A stretch of 59,097 nucleotides of DNA, the filler included, from Sphacelaria rigidula (Eukaryota): NCBI GenBank assembly GCA_964200075.2. It is 8 parts of 8 records of this genome, joined end to end, with 100 filler letters (N's around TTAATTAATTAA, not from the genome) between each part and the next. Parts side by side here need not be neighbours in the genome. Positions count along the whole stretch, not along the records: positions 44,400 to 51,698 come from CAXNAA020015557.1; positions 51,799 to 59,097 come from CAXNAA020015558.1; 6 more parts are not named here. One strand, 5' to 3'. Both the position numbers and the translations under genes were made by a program. This document shows, one piece after another, positions 47,301 to 58,624 of this stretch (within the stretch, counting starts at the first letter, position 1; the number at the start of each line of letters is the position of its first letter). The notes beneath the pieces were generated by a model, which saw nothing but the letters and a program-made list of their open reading frames with translations, had not been told where the DNA came from and searched no databases.

Positions 47301-49039
47301 CGCCCGCACGATTGGACCCCGCACAAATTACTAACATGGCCACAAGCAATTTCGGGGAATGCCATCGATGCGCACTCTAAGCGGCTCTCCCGCTGTCCAG
47401 ACTTGGTGCACCAGAGATGAATGCATATATGCACGCGCACGCCGACTAGCTTCGATATCTTCAGCGGCTGGGCGGATGATATAGGAGAAAACTGACACCT
47501 GTCTGTACTGCGGCCCTTTCTGAATCATGACCACCGGTAGTGTACCGATCGGCATATTGACTGCAGAGGTGCGCAGTTCATGACGCACGGCCCTACGTGC
47601 GCTGTAGACGCTGAAAGGTGCTGTAATTTCGGTCATATGTTATGAGAACCACAGTCAACAGTTCCACATCACTATCTCAGGTGCTGCGCGTTGCAGTAGT
47701 GCGCACTAGAGGGAAAAGCGGTCAAATTCTGTTCCGAAAAATATATATTTCTTCTCTTTGGCGCAACACTAATTTTGGCCAGAAGAAAGCGATGTGTCAC
47801 CTGTTGTCGTTTCACATGCTGTAACCTCCAACCTCTCATCTGATTCATGGCGTTTTACCTTCCCCAGGATGGGTTGATGTTCAAATACTGAAATGTCGCG
47901 AGTTTCGTAATTGACGGGCCTTGCTGTATTCACCGCAAATAGCCAACTCAACATGATCGCCCAACCTGACTCTCCCCGCGGTATGTCAGAGTCGAAGCAC
48001 AAGCAAATATTCGTCTTGTTTTTTTCATTTTTTCACGTGCTTCGTTCATGTTAGATTATATTTACATCGAGCATCCTCTGCGGGAATGACGTTTACCCCC
48101 ATCACCCAAAAACTACCATTTTGCTTGGGTCGTACAGTGGCAGAGCGAGTACCGACGGTGCACTGCCAACTCAGACCAGAGGTCGACCTTGGACCGCAAG
48201 TTCTCAACCGCAAAGTGACTGTTTTTTGCCAGGGCAAGGATGGGAGCGTCGATGGCGACGGGCTTGGTGGGCATGGAGGAGAACTACTTCGTGGCTGATT
48301 TTTTCGACAGGCTCGGGTTCTTCCCCCTGGCGGAGGAGCGGTGAGTCAAAGATTGCTAAAATCGTGGGAAAGTTGGGAGCTTATGACCCAGTAGACCTCA
48401 CTCACTATTGGTCGTACCTAATGGTTGGTGCTTGGTTTTACTTCAGTTCAGACTGAAGACCGATGTTCGGTTTTTCAGAGGGACTTAACAGTCCCAAGTG
48501 CTCTTACAAGAGCTCGTCCAGAATGCGTTCTTGATCGTTTTGCCAGTGTCGGAAGGTGATGAATCCTTCCCGGAAGACACTTACTTCTCTGTTGTGGGTG
48601 GGAGAGTTTTCACGAACTCTGTGCTTTTCTTCAAAGCTGCTGTATCCATACAACGTGAGAGTTGCCAATTTGACGGTCATCATCTGTACTGGTATGTATA
48701 CAAAGAATCAAAAGCAGGCACGGTACGGCCGATTTTGCTGTGCCGCCACTTCCCAAAATTGAGGACGAGCTCCATGGTCACAGCGTGTAGGCTCCGAGTC
48801 GTGGTGGTGAACTTGAAAGAACGCAAGATGATGAATAATCCTACCCAAAAAGAAGCGAACGCGGCTCGTAGCACAAGAAGAGAGCAAACTGTAATACACA
48901 ATTATTTGTTCGTCCGATGAGCAGCGACAGAAGGAAGCGTAACCCAACTCGTGATGGCACCCCCCCCCTCCCCACAAGTAGATAGATCAGGAAATTGTAA
49001 GGGCAATACAGCGTAAAAAACATGCAAAGAAAGAGGTTA

Positions 49040-49206
49040 CCAGGCATGGCTGATACGGTTGTATGGAAGGAAATGAGGAAAGGGAAGGCTGGAATGAGGT
49101 GGATAGCGTTCGTTTTTGTTGGGTACGTCTATGATGAGACCACGGCTGGACCCCTGGGGAGTCAGTCCAAGTGCGACAATCAATCAATCAATCAAACAAT
49201 CAATCA
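49040..49206 (+). mobile_element. Retroposon family J with (AATC)n tail
   Basis: TTGGGTACGTCTATGATGAGACCACGGCTGGACCCCT followed by AATC repeats. Confidence 0.6.
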
Positions 49207-49214
49207 GCGTAGTC

Positions 49215-49856
49215 GAGAAAGTATGGACGGAAATAGGAGGAAACCAACATGAGATAATGTCCGTAAGGTGAATGTGGGGGGAACAAGACAAGAGTAAGAG
49301 ACATGATGGAAGTAAGGGGAGAACAACTACCAAGACGGAAAGTAGACGAGGAACAGCATCTAAAGATATACCAGGGAGAGAGGGGATAGGGTTGGAGACA
49401 TATCTGCATGGCCCAATGAACTCAGCGAAAAAAATGGAGATGCGATTTCGGGTGAGAGACCTGGACCTGCTAGGAAGAAGCGAGAGGTATACCAGCAGTC
49501 AAGTGAAGGAGAAATTAGATGCACATAATTGCTCCTATGGCAAAGCAGTAGAGAGTAAAACTCATATAGTGGCAGGATGTGAAGTATACAAGGAGGAACG
49601 GGACGTGAACGAAGGTGGTATTAATTGGTTTTGATACATTGGACAGTAAGGAGAAAACGGTGGCTATACTAGGAGATATATGGTGGCTACGGACGGCGAA
49701 ACAGCACAGTTTTATGAACGTGTGAAGAAGATGTGATGAGCGCCCAAATGTTGGAGGTCTCTACTGGGAGCAGGAAAGGTGCTCCGTCTTGAAAGGGATG
49801 GGTGATCGATAGTCAGAGGACTGACGCAAGCAACGAATAAATACCCCCCACCCCCC
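49215..49856 (+). mobile_element. LINE family A, longest fragment: decayed ORF2 C-terminus plus 3' tail
   Basis: MRFRVRDLDL...HNCSYGKAVESKTHIVAGCEVYKEER resembles the post-RT C..C-x-E-x3-H-x4-C zinc finger of non-LTR retrotransposons; ends in the A tail and a C-rich run. Confidence 0.8.
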
Positions 49857-49865
49857 ACAGACCTC

Positions 49866-50435
49866 CTGGTCCGTCAAAAACCCAGCGTGCTCCGTCCCGG
49901 CTTTGTAGGGAGGACCTTCTATGGAGTTGGCGTCGGTTGACGATGACGCTGTCGAAAACGCCACTCACTGCGTAAGCTAGGCAACCAGGTTATCGATTTT
50001 TTTCGCGCGCTTGCGTTTTTATTGCGGCAACCATGATGATACGTAGTCGAGCTACATCATATTGTGCGGGGCGCGAGAACCTTGATTCCGTACACAGGAG
50101 GTTACCGTACTACGTAGTGTTCAAATGGTGAGACACCCGTCAGGCAGTGTGGAAACCGTGGCTGTTTCTGAAAGTGTCGAGACCAGAAAATGGAGCAACT
50201 CATTGGCGGCTATCATCCAAATGCAAGATAATCAGTAGGCTTCGGGCCGAACAATCTCAGTAGGATGCAGCTCATCCTTTATGTGTTTCGCCGAACACAT
50301 TATCGCACTTCGCGCTTGTTGATTGATCAGTCGCCTAGTCCGGCGTGCTCCGTCCCGGCTTTGTAGGGATGCAAGGCCAATGGTCTGATGACTATAGCAT
50401 GCGATATCAGGAGTACCCCCCCCCCCCCTCCCCTG
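49866..50435 (+). mobile_element. Family B retroposon, apparently full length
   Basis: Colinear with 41034-41609; ends ATATCAGGAGTAC then C-run. Confidence 0.88.
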
Positions 50436-50999
50436 CCCCTTGCATCTCTGCTGAACGAACAGGTCGGTGCAGCGCGCCATCATGGACCTCCTGTTTCAGC
50501 CGGCTAGGCAATCTACGGAGAATGCTAGGCGCCGCCATTTGGGTACGGGCGACGAAAAAACGGGCGGGCAACTGGCGATGGCGATGCATAGCATGGGCAG
50601 CTCGTCCGAGCGCGAGGAGGTGTGCTTGTACGGCTTGCCATTTGGCGCGTGATGTGTGTGGAGGAGGGGGGAGGGGGGAGCGGCACGCGGGGAGGAGGAA
50701 CTTGCCTAGGAAATAAGTAACCCAGCCTCATTTCGTTCCTCATTCAAACGATACTCGGTGGATGCTGCTGATTTTTTCTTGCCGTGTTGGACGAGTGATG
50801 TTTATATTCTCTGCGTCATGCGTCATATATGTCGATGCTTCAGCCGTATTTTGATCAGGGGCGTAAGTGGCATCAATGTTTCAAACACTCGAGTGCTGTC
50901 GAGCATCTCATGTTGTTTCGACATGAAGCGTACGGTACGGTATAGTATAGTATAGTAGCATATGAAAAAATCCCCCCCCCCCCCTTCCCCTTTTCATGT

Positions 51000-51496
51000 T
51001 GAGACACTTATGGAAGTAGCGGTACCAGGAAATAAAGCAACTAGTTCGAGGCTGTCATCCATATGCAAGATGATCAGTACGCTTCGGGCAGAAGAATATT
51101 AGTAGGATACAGGTCACCAATCATGCGACCCGCCGAACACACCATGGCGCTTTGCGCTTGGTGATTGAGTGCGAGCCTGGTCTGGCGAGAACCCGGCGTA
51201 CTCCGTCCCGGTTTTGTAGAGATGCGAGGCCAAGGGTCTCATGACTACAGTATGCAATGATTGATTTTGGTTGATTGTCATACTTTAAGTGGCCCTCTAG
51301 GGGTCAAGCCGTGGTCGCATGATAGACGTACCCAAGACGAACAAAACTGAAACACTCGCTCAAGAAAACAAGGAACAGGAAGAAAGTCGAACAGGACGAC
51401 ATAGTAGACTACGACGTGAACGAAAAAAAACGAACAATGATGAAGGAAATCAACCAAAGCAAAGCACCGAAAGAGAATATCATGAGTATACCCCCC
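51000..51496 (+). mobile_element. Family B copy interrupted by family J
   Basis: B sequence stops at TATGCAAT (~51258) and resumes AATATCATGAGTATACCCCCC (~51476). Confidence 0.75.
51258..51475 (-). mobile_element. Retroposon family J, nested in B
   Basis: Minus strand TTGGGTACGTCTATCATGCGACCACGGCTTGACCCCT...AATCAACCAAAATCAATCA. Confidence 0.65.
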
Positions 51497-51511
51497 TACC
51501 TACCCACCCAA

Positions 51512-51595
51512 TCAGGGGTAGGAACGGTGCTCCGTCTCTAGAGGGAATGGTCAAACGACTAAGGCAAGCAACAAATGAGTACGCCCCCCCCCCCC
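51512..51595 (+). mobile_element. LINE family A 3' end with C12 run
   Basis: TAGGAACGGTGCTCCGTCTC...ATGAGTACG then C12. Confidence 0.82.
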
Positions 51596-51698
51596 AGGTA
51601 TGGTATGCACCCATGAGGCAGTGTTAAAAGCCGTGGCTGTCTCTGAAAGTGGCGATACCAAAGAATAAAGCAACTCATTGTTGGCTGTCATCCAAATG

Positions 51699-51798
51699 NN
51701 NNNNNNNNNNNNNNNNNNNNNNNNNNNNNNNNNNNNNNNNNNTTAATTAATTAANNNNNNNNNNNNNNNNNNNNNNNNNNNNNNNNNNNNNNNNNNNN
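51699..51798. other. Artificial contig linker
   Basis: N44-TTAATTAATTAA-N44. Confidence 0.98.
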
Positions 51799-52498
51799 CT
51801 GATGCACCCACATACACCGAAAGGTGCAGACTGGTGCCCGGAATAAATGGGACGACAACACACACAACACACATGGAGATATGCGAGAGTCGTACGGAAT
51901 GAGAAATAATGTGATGAGAATGGTGTGGCGCATGGCGGACACTGCAACATGTATATAGTGCATGATCATCTTTTCTCAATACACTACTGAAACGTGGGAG
52001 AAAAGCACTTGTTGTACGGTTACCGTAGTCCATTGGTTCTGCATATTCTTTGCATCATTTTTTTTTCGCTGTACGTGTGCACTGCCCATCGTTCCTGGTA
52101 CTCTGTACTGCTGTGTCCCCCTTGATGTTTCGGATTTAGGATTTTGTCTGTGTCCACCTGTAGAACCGACCCTATCCCCCATGCACATCACACCAATAAT
52201 GTAGAATTTGCGATACGATTCCCTTGTGCCACCTGGGCAACCCACGGCATACAGTACCTGACGGACTGCCCACAACAAATGATGAACAAAAATGCAAGCC
52301 ACAATATCCGGCGTGTATATACGTCAACATGCATGATGGATGCTGAGCCCATCGAACACTACCAGTCGTGGTGCGGACGAATTCGTGGCGGCTACGAGCG
52401 TCATTTCTTATCGTCGTACTCCAGCGTGCGGAGGCGTTTTCTCGAGCTTCAGCACCTCAGTCGCGTTGTTGTGGGACGTGGGACACAAGCGAAGGGTG

Positions 52499-52594
52499 AT
52501 GGCTGAACTGAAGACTGCTTGCGTCGCTATTGTGACAGCCTTCATTTGGCTGGCTTTGAGCTGCTCCGCCTTCGTGATTGCACCGGCTGGTCAT
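52499..52594 (+). CDS. First exon (signal peptide) of a plastid-targeted PDZ-like protein
   Basis: MAELKTACVAIVTAFIWLALSCSA|FVIAPAGH: hydrophobic core and ASAFAP-type cleavage with +1 Phe; GTGAG donor, phase 0. Confidence 0.72.
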
Positions 52595-53574
52595 GTGAGA
52601 GTCAGCCACGGAATGATTCATGCATGGTTGTATGTATGTCGTGTTCATGTTCATGAGGCATTCTTGAGAGGAGCCGGAGTGCTCGATCTACAATACACCA
52701 CAGCCCAGTGTACAGCACAGTGCACCACAGCACCGTATCCACTGTAGAACAGTAGGTACCTGCGCCTGAACGTTACTATTGTACCTGAGAGGTAATGTGC
52801 AAGCAGGAGAGGGTGTTACTGCTCTCTCATAGGCGTGCCCCTCGGGCATATGAAGGATGTATGCGTTCAGCCCTGTCTGGCGTACTGACCGTTGGTCGGT
52901 TCTCGAAGGCCGTGTGCTGAAAGCTGCTGCATCTTGCAAAACCGATGACACCGATACTCTGTAACGCTCTCGACTCTGGCTTTTGACACACTGCATCATG
53001 CCACCATCAAGAGGAGAAGGTCTCTTAAGATGCTGAGCTGCTGTGATGTACAGCAGCAAGGTCTACCGTGTGTCGTGGTGAACAGTAGGTAGGTGTGGCT
53101 TCAGGGATGTGATATGGTACCGCCCGTCATTTTAGGGCAAGCAAATTGCGGCCTGCGAGTCGTGACCCATGACGGCACATGTGTTCGTGTGTCAAATTGC
53201 CGCACTTATGGTGAAGGTAGAACGCAGGCCACGGGTGGCAGGCCGTGCACTCGAGTAGTGGGGCTGTGGTACATTTATTCCTGGCTGCACTTGTAAGCGA
53301 CACCATCGCAACGGACATAATTCCGTCTCTCAATTTATCTTCACACGTGCATCCTACACGTGGATGCCTTTAATCCGTTCAGTAGGACGAGTCTGAGATC
53401 TTTGATTCTACTAAAAGATACAGCAGGAGGAGCCGTATACATTGTACAACCATCAATACTCAACGTTGTGCATCGGCGCACATGAACTCATATGCACTGC
53501 GTCGCGGACAAACAGTCAACGCAAGAAAGGAGATTCCCAATATAGATGATATACGGAGTATAGCCCCCTCCGTT

Positions 53575-53932
53575 TCCGGTGGCTCAGTTGGTCATCTCGA
53601 AATCTTCTGACGGTTGGGTCGTGGGTTCGAATCTCGGTGCAGTCATACGATCTGGAATTTTTTCTCACACCATGCCCAACAGTGGAGAGCGACCATGTCG
53701 TCGGTACACAAAACATTCGACTTCACGGTCGACGAGGGAAAGGGATCGCTGCACCCCTCTCGCGATAAAGAATAAGACAAGCACCGCAGAAGGAAGGTGG
53801 AGTATTAAAACAAAAGGGACAAAAAAAAAGCTCCTGTGTTGGCCTTCCTTCTGTGTGATCCCGGCTGATGCGCTCACGTATACCGAAAGGTCTATACTGG
53901 CGTCCAGAATACATGGGATGACATCACACATC
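53575..53932 (+). mobile_element. tRNA-derived SINE family C
   Basis: A box TGGCTCAGTTGG, B box GGTTCGAATC, body shared with 33885-34040, tail shared with 37972-38066. Confidence 0.75.
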
Positions 53933-53938
53933 TCCGAG

Positions 53939-54330
53939 TGCCGCCGCCCTCCGGTGGTCAAACTGTACAACTGACACCATTAGATGGGGGAAAACCGGGT
54001 TCGATTCCCGCCAGATTAGTCTAGTTCGGCTTTTTTCCCCATCCGAACATGATTTCCATACTTGAAAGCGTGAGCACGTGGGTAGCAAGAGAAGAGTCTG
54101 GCTGGCTGGCTGGCTGATGAATTTGCTAGACGACAGTCGACCTGATGCGGGAGTGCTGATGGTCATGATGCAGTCCGCGATACCAAAATGTAAGGTGTGT
54201 ACCGCAGGGTGAAATAAGTCGGTATCCAGGGACACGAGAGACCACAGGCTTGTCTCACGGAGGAGAGATGAGTGGGTCCCCCGAGATCACGGACTAGTTC
54301 CGAGGAAGGGGAGGAGTAGGAAGTGAAGGA
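53939..54330 (+). mobile_element. tRNA-derived SINE family D
   Basis: CCGGTGGTC..GTACAACTGACACCATTAG..GGGTTCGATTCCC head; D body and tail. Confidence 0.72.
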
Positions 54331-55141
54331 AAAAATGGTCAGGTTGTCAATTTGGATTCCAGATCATTGCGATAGCCACGCCGACCGAAGGTGGCATATT
54401 CGGAAAGCGCATCAGCAAATCCTTCCAGTACGTGGAATCTCCCGGAACTACTGTCCGTGGTGCCGCTGCTCGAAAATATCGGAGTTCAAACACACGCACC
54501 ACCGCGCTCGGTGCTATTCTTCCCCCTTTCTGTCGCAAGTGTTGAAATATTCCGAGTATGTTTTTCACCTGGAATCGCCTCCCAAAAAACGCACGGCATA
54601 GATTCTACGTGTTTTGCCGCAGTTGGATAGCTGTGTTCTCTATTCCTCGTCTGCTTTTGTGAACAAACTCGGGGGGCGAGTGGATGACGCGAGCATCTTC
54701 ACCTCGAATATTTTGATATAATCGCCGTGGATACGATTCGGAGATCGAGTTAATCGAGAAGAACCTCCATGGTGTGGTCCCATTATTTTCCTCGAACGAC
54801 CTCTAAAGCCGACCCCTCCCCCTACCATCCTACCTCCGCTCTTACCTTCACCTGCCTAGCCCCAAAGCTCCTCTGTTGCTCACCACTGGCAGCTAACCCT
54901 CAACCTCCGTCCTAACCTCCAAATCCCAACTACCTACCGTGTTTGATGGAGTATGACAACTCTCAAAACTACCACCCCCGGGGGAGATGAAGGTTTTGAC
55001 ATCTTACGTTCGCTGTGGCCCTTCAAAAAGAAAGGTCCCGTGCGCATAGCATAATGTCGAAAAGCCAAAAAGATACTCTCGGGCGTATCGAGCAGGAAAA
55101 ACTCCAAGGGGGGTGACGGGTAAGGGGTATACCCAATATAC

Positions 55142-55163
55142 ATATATATATATATATATATAT
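55142..55163 (+). repeat. (AT)11 microsatellite
   Basis: Read directly. Confidence 0.95.
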
Positions 55164-55589
55164 CTTTTTTAAAGGAAGATCTGACCCATGCCAAGAGCAG
55201 CAGCCAACCCACTACTGTTGTTCCCCTCTCCAGAGTCCATACAAGCCATTGGGACTGACTTGCACAGATGATGTGCGACTTTTTATGATACCAAAATATC
55301 GGGTATACCAGATGTTGCCCGGCACGCCCTTGAAAAAATCTAGGGTGCATTTCCAACAACAACAGTTTTTGGGTGGTGCGACTCACCATTTTAGTTTTAC
55401 GAGAGAAAAAAAACAACGAGGTGGACAAAACTTGGCAAGAGGGGGAAAGAAGGGGGAGGGGGGAGGGGTGGCGGGGGGGGGGGGTCACCCCGTCGTGAGG
55501 TAAATATCCGCACCGCTGCTGTAACCCTCATCCCACCCAACCAACCTCAACTCTTGAACCCCACATTCCTGTGTTCCAACGTCTCCCAG

Positions 55590-55901
55590 CACACCGTGGG
55601 CCGCACCGTTGTATCTTCGGCGTCCTTCTCCGCTTCCAGCTTCGGCGCTCGAGGGGGACGAGGAGCAACCTCTTACGGATCGCCTGTTGCTGCACTAGGT
55701 AGATATCCCGTTACGGGGACAGTATGGGGTGGCGCTCAAGTGGGCAGGCGTGGCGGCGGCGGCGCGGGGGGGTTGAGAATGGGAGAGTCTGAGATTGTGA
55801 ACGTTACGCTCAAGAAGCCCATGGGGCTTGTGCTGGAGGAGAACGTGTTCAAATTTGGGGGCATGAAGGTGAAGGAGGTCAACGGCGGAGGCTCGGCAAA
55901 G
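55590..55901 (+). CDS. Exon with plastid transit peptide and N-terminal part of a PDZ-like domain
   Basis: Pyrimidine-rich CAG acceptor, 312 nt, phase 0 (compatible with exon 52499-52594); S/G/R-rich, acid-free stretch ending GLRM, then EIVNVTLKKPMGLVLEEN..GGMKVKEVNGGGSAK; GT donor. Confidence 0.82.
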
Positions 55902-56489
55902 GTGTGTTGTTTATTTGTCTTGTGGTGTGTGTGGCATGTGGTTCTGGTGGTTGGAGAGGGAGTAGATGAGGAGGGGAGAACCGCGAAAGTGTGCTGTTGT
56001 TTATACTCCGGACAATGGAAACATTATTTTCAAAAACGAGCTTGAACATTGAAATGAGGTTCAATTCCTAAGCAGTACTTTCCCCCACCAAAAGTGATGA
56101 CAATGACTTCCTTCCACACGGACGACCTCGTACCCCCGGACCTCCCTACGACTATTTTTGAGGGTTTCTCGTCTTCCGTTTCCCCGAGGGGAATGTACGA
56201 AAGCCCCAATTTCGGGCTAAAAAACGTACATTTTTTCACCCCGAAATCGAGGCAAAAAGATGCTTTCGTACATACGCTGTGGGGGAACGGAAGACGGGAA
56301 ACCTTGAAATGTAGTTTCAGCGAGGTCAGGGAGCACGAGGTCGTCCATGCGACAGATGATTTTTCATAACTTTGAGTAAGAGAAACCACTGTGGTGGAAT
56401 TGAACCCCATTTCAATGATTAACCTCATTCCGAAAATAATACCTTTATATACGAGCTGGGCCAGCCGAGAAGCGAATTTGTAGTTTGCA

Positions 56490-56759
56490 GGCCCATTGTA
56501 CGGCCAATATTTAGAGTCGGACCCTGAAATTTGGTATGGACAATGAATAAGGCATATTGAAAACAAATACTAGTGCACAAAAGAGTTTTTTTTCCTTGTT
56601 CATGAATTAGGGTCATTTTACTGATACCTGAAAACTGATTATTGCCCTTAACTCATGAAAAAAAACTTTTGGGCCCTGGTATTTGTTTTTGTTATGCCCC
56701 ATTCATTGTCGATACCAAATTTCAGGGTCCAACTCAAAATATTGGCCGTACGAAGGGCC
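56490..56759. mobile_element. GGCCC-ended MITE with ~70-bp TIRs
   Basis: TACGGCCAATATTT..GGACCCTGAAATTTGGTAT versus ATACCAAATTTCAGGGTCC..AAATATTGGCCGTA. Confidence 0.75.
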
Positions 56760-56811
56760 GTTCAGCGACAGGGTCACAATAAATTCGGAACAGTATTTTG
56801 CAGGCCACTTA

Positions 56812-57277
56812 GACCCACTTTTGTGGCAACGAATCTCGATTTGTACAAATATGAGGACTTCAGCCCGTCTACAGGCGATTTTCTGCAGTGGATTGATTTT
56901 TCGGACCCCAGTCCGTTGGGCAATGTTTTTCGGCTAGCTGTGAGCAAATCAGATCACTTCTCCGATTCTCTGGACGTTTACTTTCGGTATACCATCTCTT
57001 TGCTCAAATCGGGAGACTCCCGCATCTCCCCCGAGTTTTTTACATCGGGGAAAAATCGGCGGAGACGCGGGAGTGTCCCGATTTCAACAGAAGGGTGATG
57101 TATCGAACGTCAAAGCCCAAAACTCGGAGAATCGATCTGGTTTGCTCACAGCTAGCCGAAAAACATTACCCAACGGACTGGAGTCCGAAAAAATAATCCA
57201 CGGGAGAAAACCGCCTGTAGACGTGCTAAAATCCCCATATTTGTACAAATCAAGATTCGTCGCCATGAAAGTGGGTC
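56812..57277. mobile_element. Foldback MITE with TTA TSD (PIF/Harbinger-like)
   Basis: TTA|GACCCACTTT ... AAAGTGGGTC|TTA; arms pair over most of the 466 bp. Confidence 0.85.
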
Positions 57278-58034
57278 TTACCGGCCCACGTTTGGTATTT
57301 GTGTATTGAAACTTCGTGCGGGCCGTGGCCACGTCATAATTGACGAAACAAAGTGGGTCAGGTGGATTTTGTTTTTTTTCTTCACTGGTTTAGGGCGTTT
57401 CAGTATGGAAATCGCCATTTTTTTACGAAAACGCCCGAACCTTTCCCAAAAAAACTGAGGGCCCAATTTCTTCATTTAGCATACCTCTGTGGTTCTTTAT
57501 CCTGAGTTTGAAATCACAATTCTAACAATTGAGCTAAAAAATTGAGATGAGGCCCATACGCAGTGTTCATTTCTCCTCAGAACTACCTTGAAAAAAAATG
57601 AAGAAAAAACGAAGAAAAAACGAAAAAAAAAAACTGTGTCTTGCAAGCTTTATTATGCGCTAGCGGTTCTCCATACGAATTTTCATCGCATAACTCTCGA
57701 AAACTGAGACGCGATATCCAGGTTTAATTCATCTAGTGCATCTGCTCGTAATATTCTGATTTTAGTATAGAAACCTATGTGCGCCATATCTCGAGATAGA
57801 TTACGAATTATGTGAAGGTCACGGTGTCTATCGTCTCCCCGTGCTCCAGGAAATGTCCACAACAAAATTCATTGTCATCCGCTGAATGCATCGATCGGGG
57901 GTTTCATAGAAATTTTAGTATGGACGCTATCTCCGTACGGTATAGGAATTACTAGACATGGGGTTTAATCAACTAGAAAATATGGGCCCAAACTTTTGAG
58001 CAGATTGGCACCTTCCCCTTGGTTAGATGATTAA

Positions 58035-58513
58035 CCCTTTTGGAACCCTCCCTTCCTGTCCCTGGGCCAAACGCCTCATTATGAGAAGCGCTGACAAAGA
58101 GGAAAAGATGGAAGCAGAAAAGGCCGACGGCAAGCATTTCATTATGGAAAACCGAAGAAGAGTCCAGTAGCACACGCGGCGGGTGCAGGAAGAAACGTCG
58201 TATCTGGAGAGGTCGAGTGAAGTTGTCCAATCATGCCACGCAACGGATAAAGTGTGTCCAATTGTTTTCATCGACAATGATCACCAAAAATACTGTAAAG
58301 CAGTCCATTAAAAAAACAGCAGTGGGTTGCAGGGTCTGGTACGGCACATCGGTGAATAGAAAACCTTCTTTTGTTCCACTTGTCACTCGCACGGGTCTGA
58401 AAAATACGCGTTGGGTGAATATTGTTGCGTCTGAGCTGTAAACCATCCACCATATCTTGCTCAAAAACCGTCAATCACAAATGATCAATTCTCCACTATA
58501 AGTTCCAAAAGGG
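58035..58513. mobile_element. piggyBac-like MITE
   Basis: TTAA|CCCTTTTGGAAC ... GTTCCAAAAGGG|TTAA; perfect 12-bp TIR and TTAA TSD. Confidence 0.9.
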
Positions 58514-58624
58514 TTAATACGATATGCGGGTCATGGCCCAACTTGTCCGTGCCGACGAGATATTGCTTTGAGAGCTTAAATCCGTGTCTAGGCGGGCCCA
58601 GCTCGTATATCTTGTTTCGATTAG

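Noticed and set aside
46900-48920. Transposase remnant or gene in contig 7
   Set aside because: Short overlapping ORFs on both strands with no identifiable family motif
49866-49930. HDV-like ribozyme at the 5' end of B
   Set aside because: GGTCC/GGACC can pair, but I could not build the nested P1.1/P2/P3 pseudoknot or the catalytic J4/2
50380-50416. Hammerhead ribozyme in the B tail (CTGATGA present)
   Set aside because: No stem II followed by GAAA after the motif, and family A has CAAATGA at that position
53575-53650. Functional tRNA gene (also heads near 53950, 39540, 28140 and 58860)
   Set aside because: A/B boxes are present but acceptor and anticodon stems do not pair, and the heads run into shared repeat bodies
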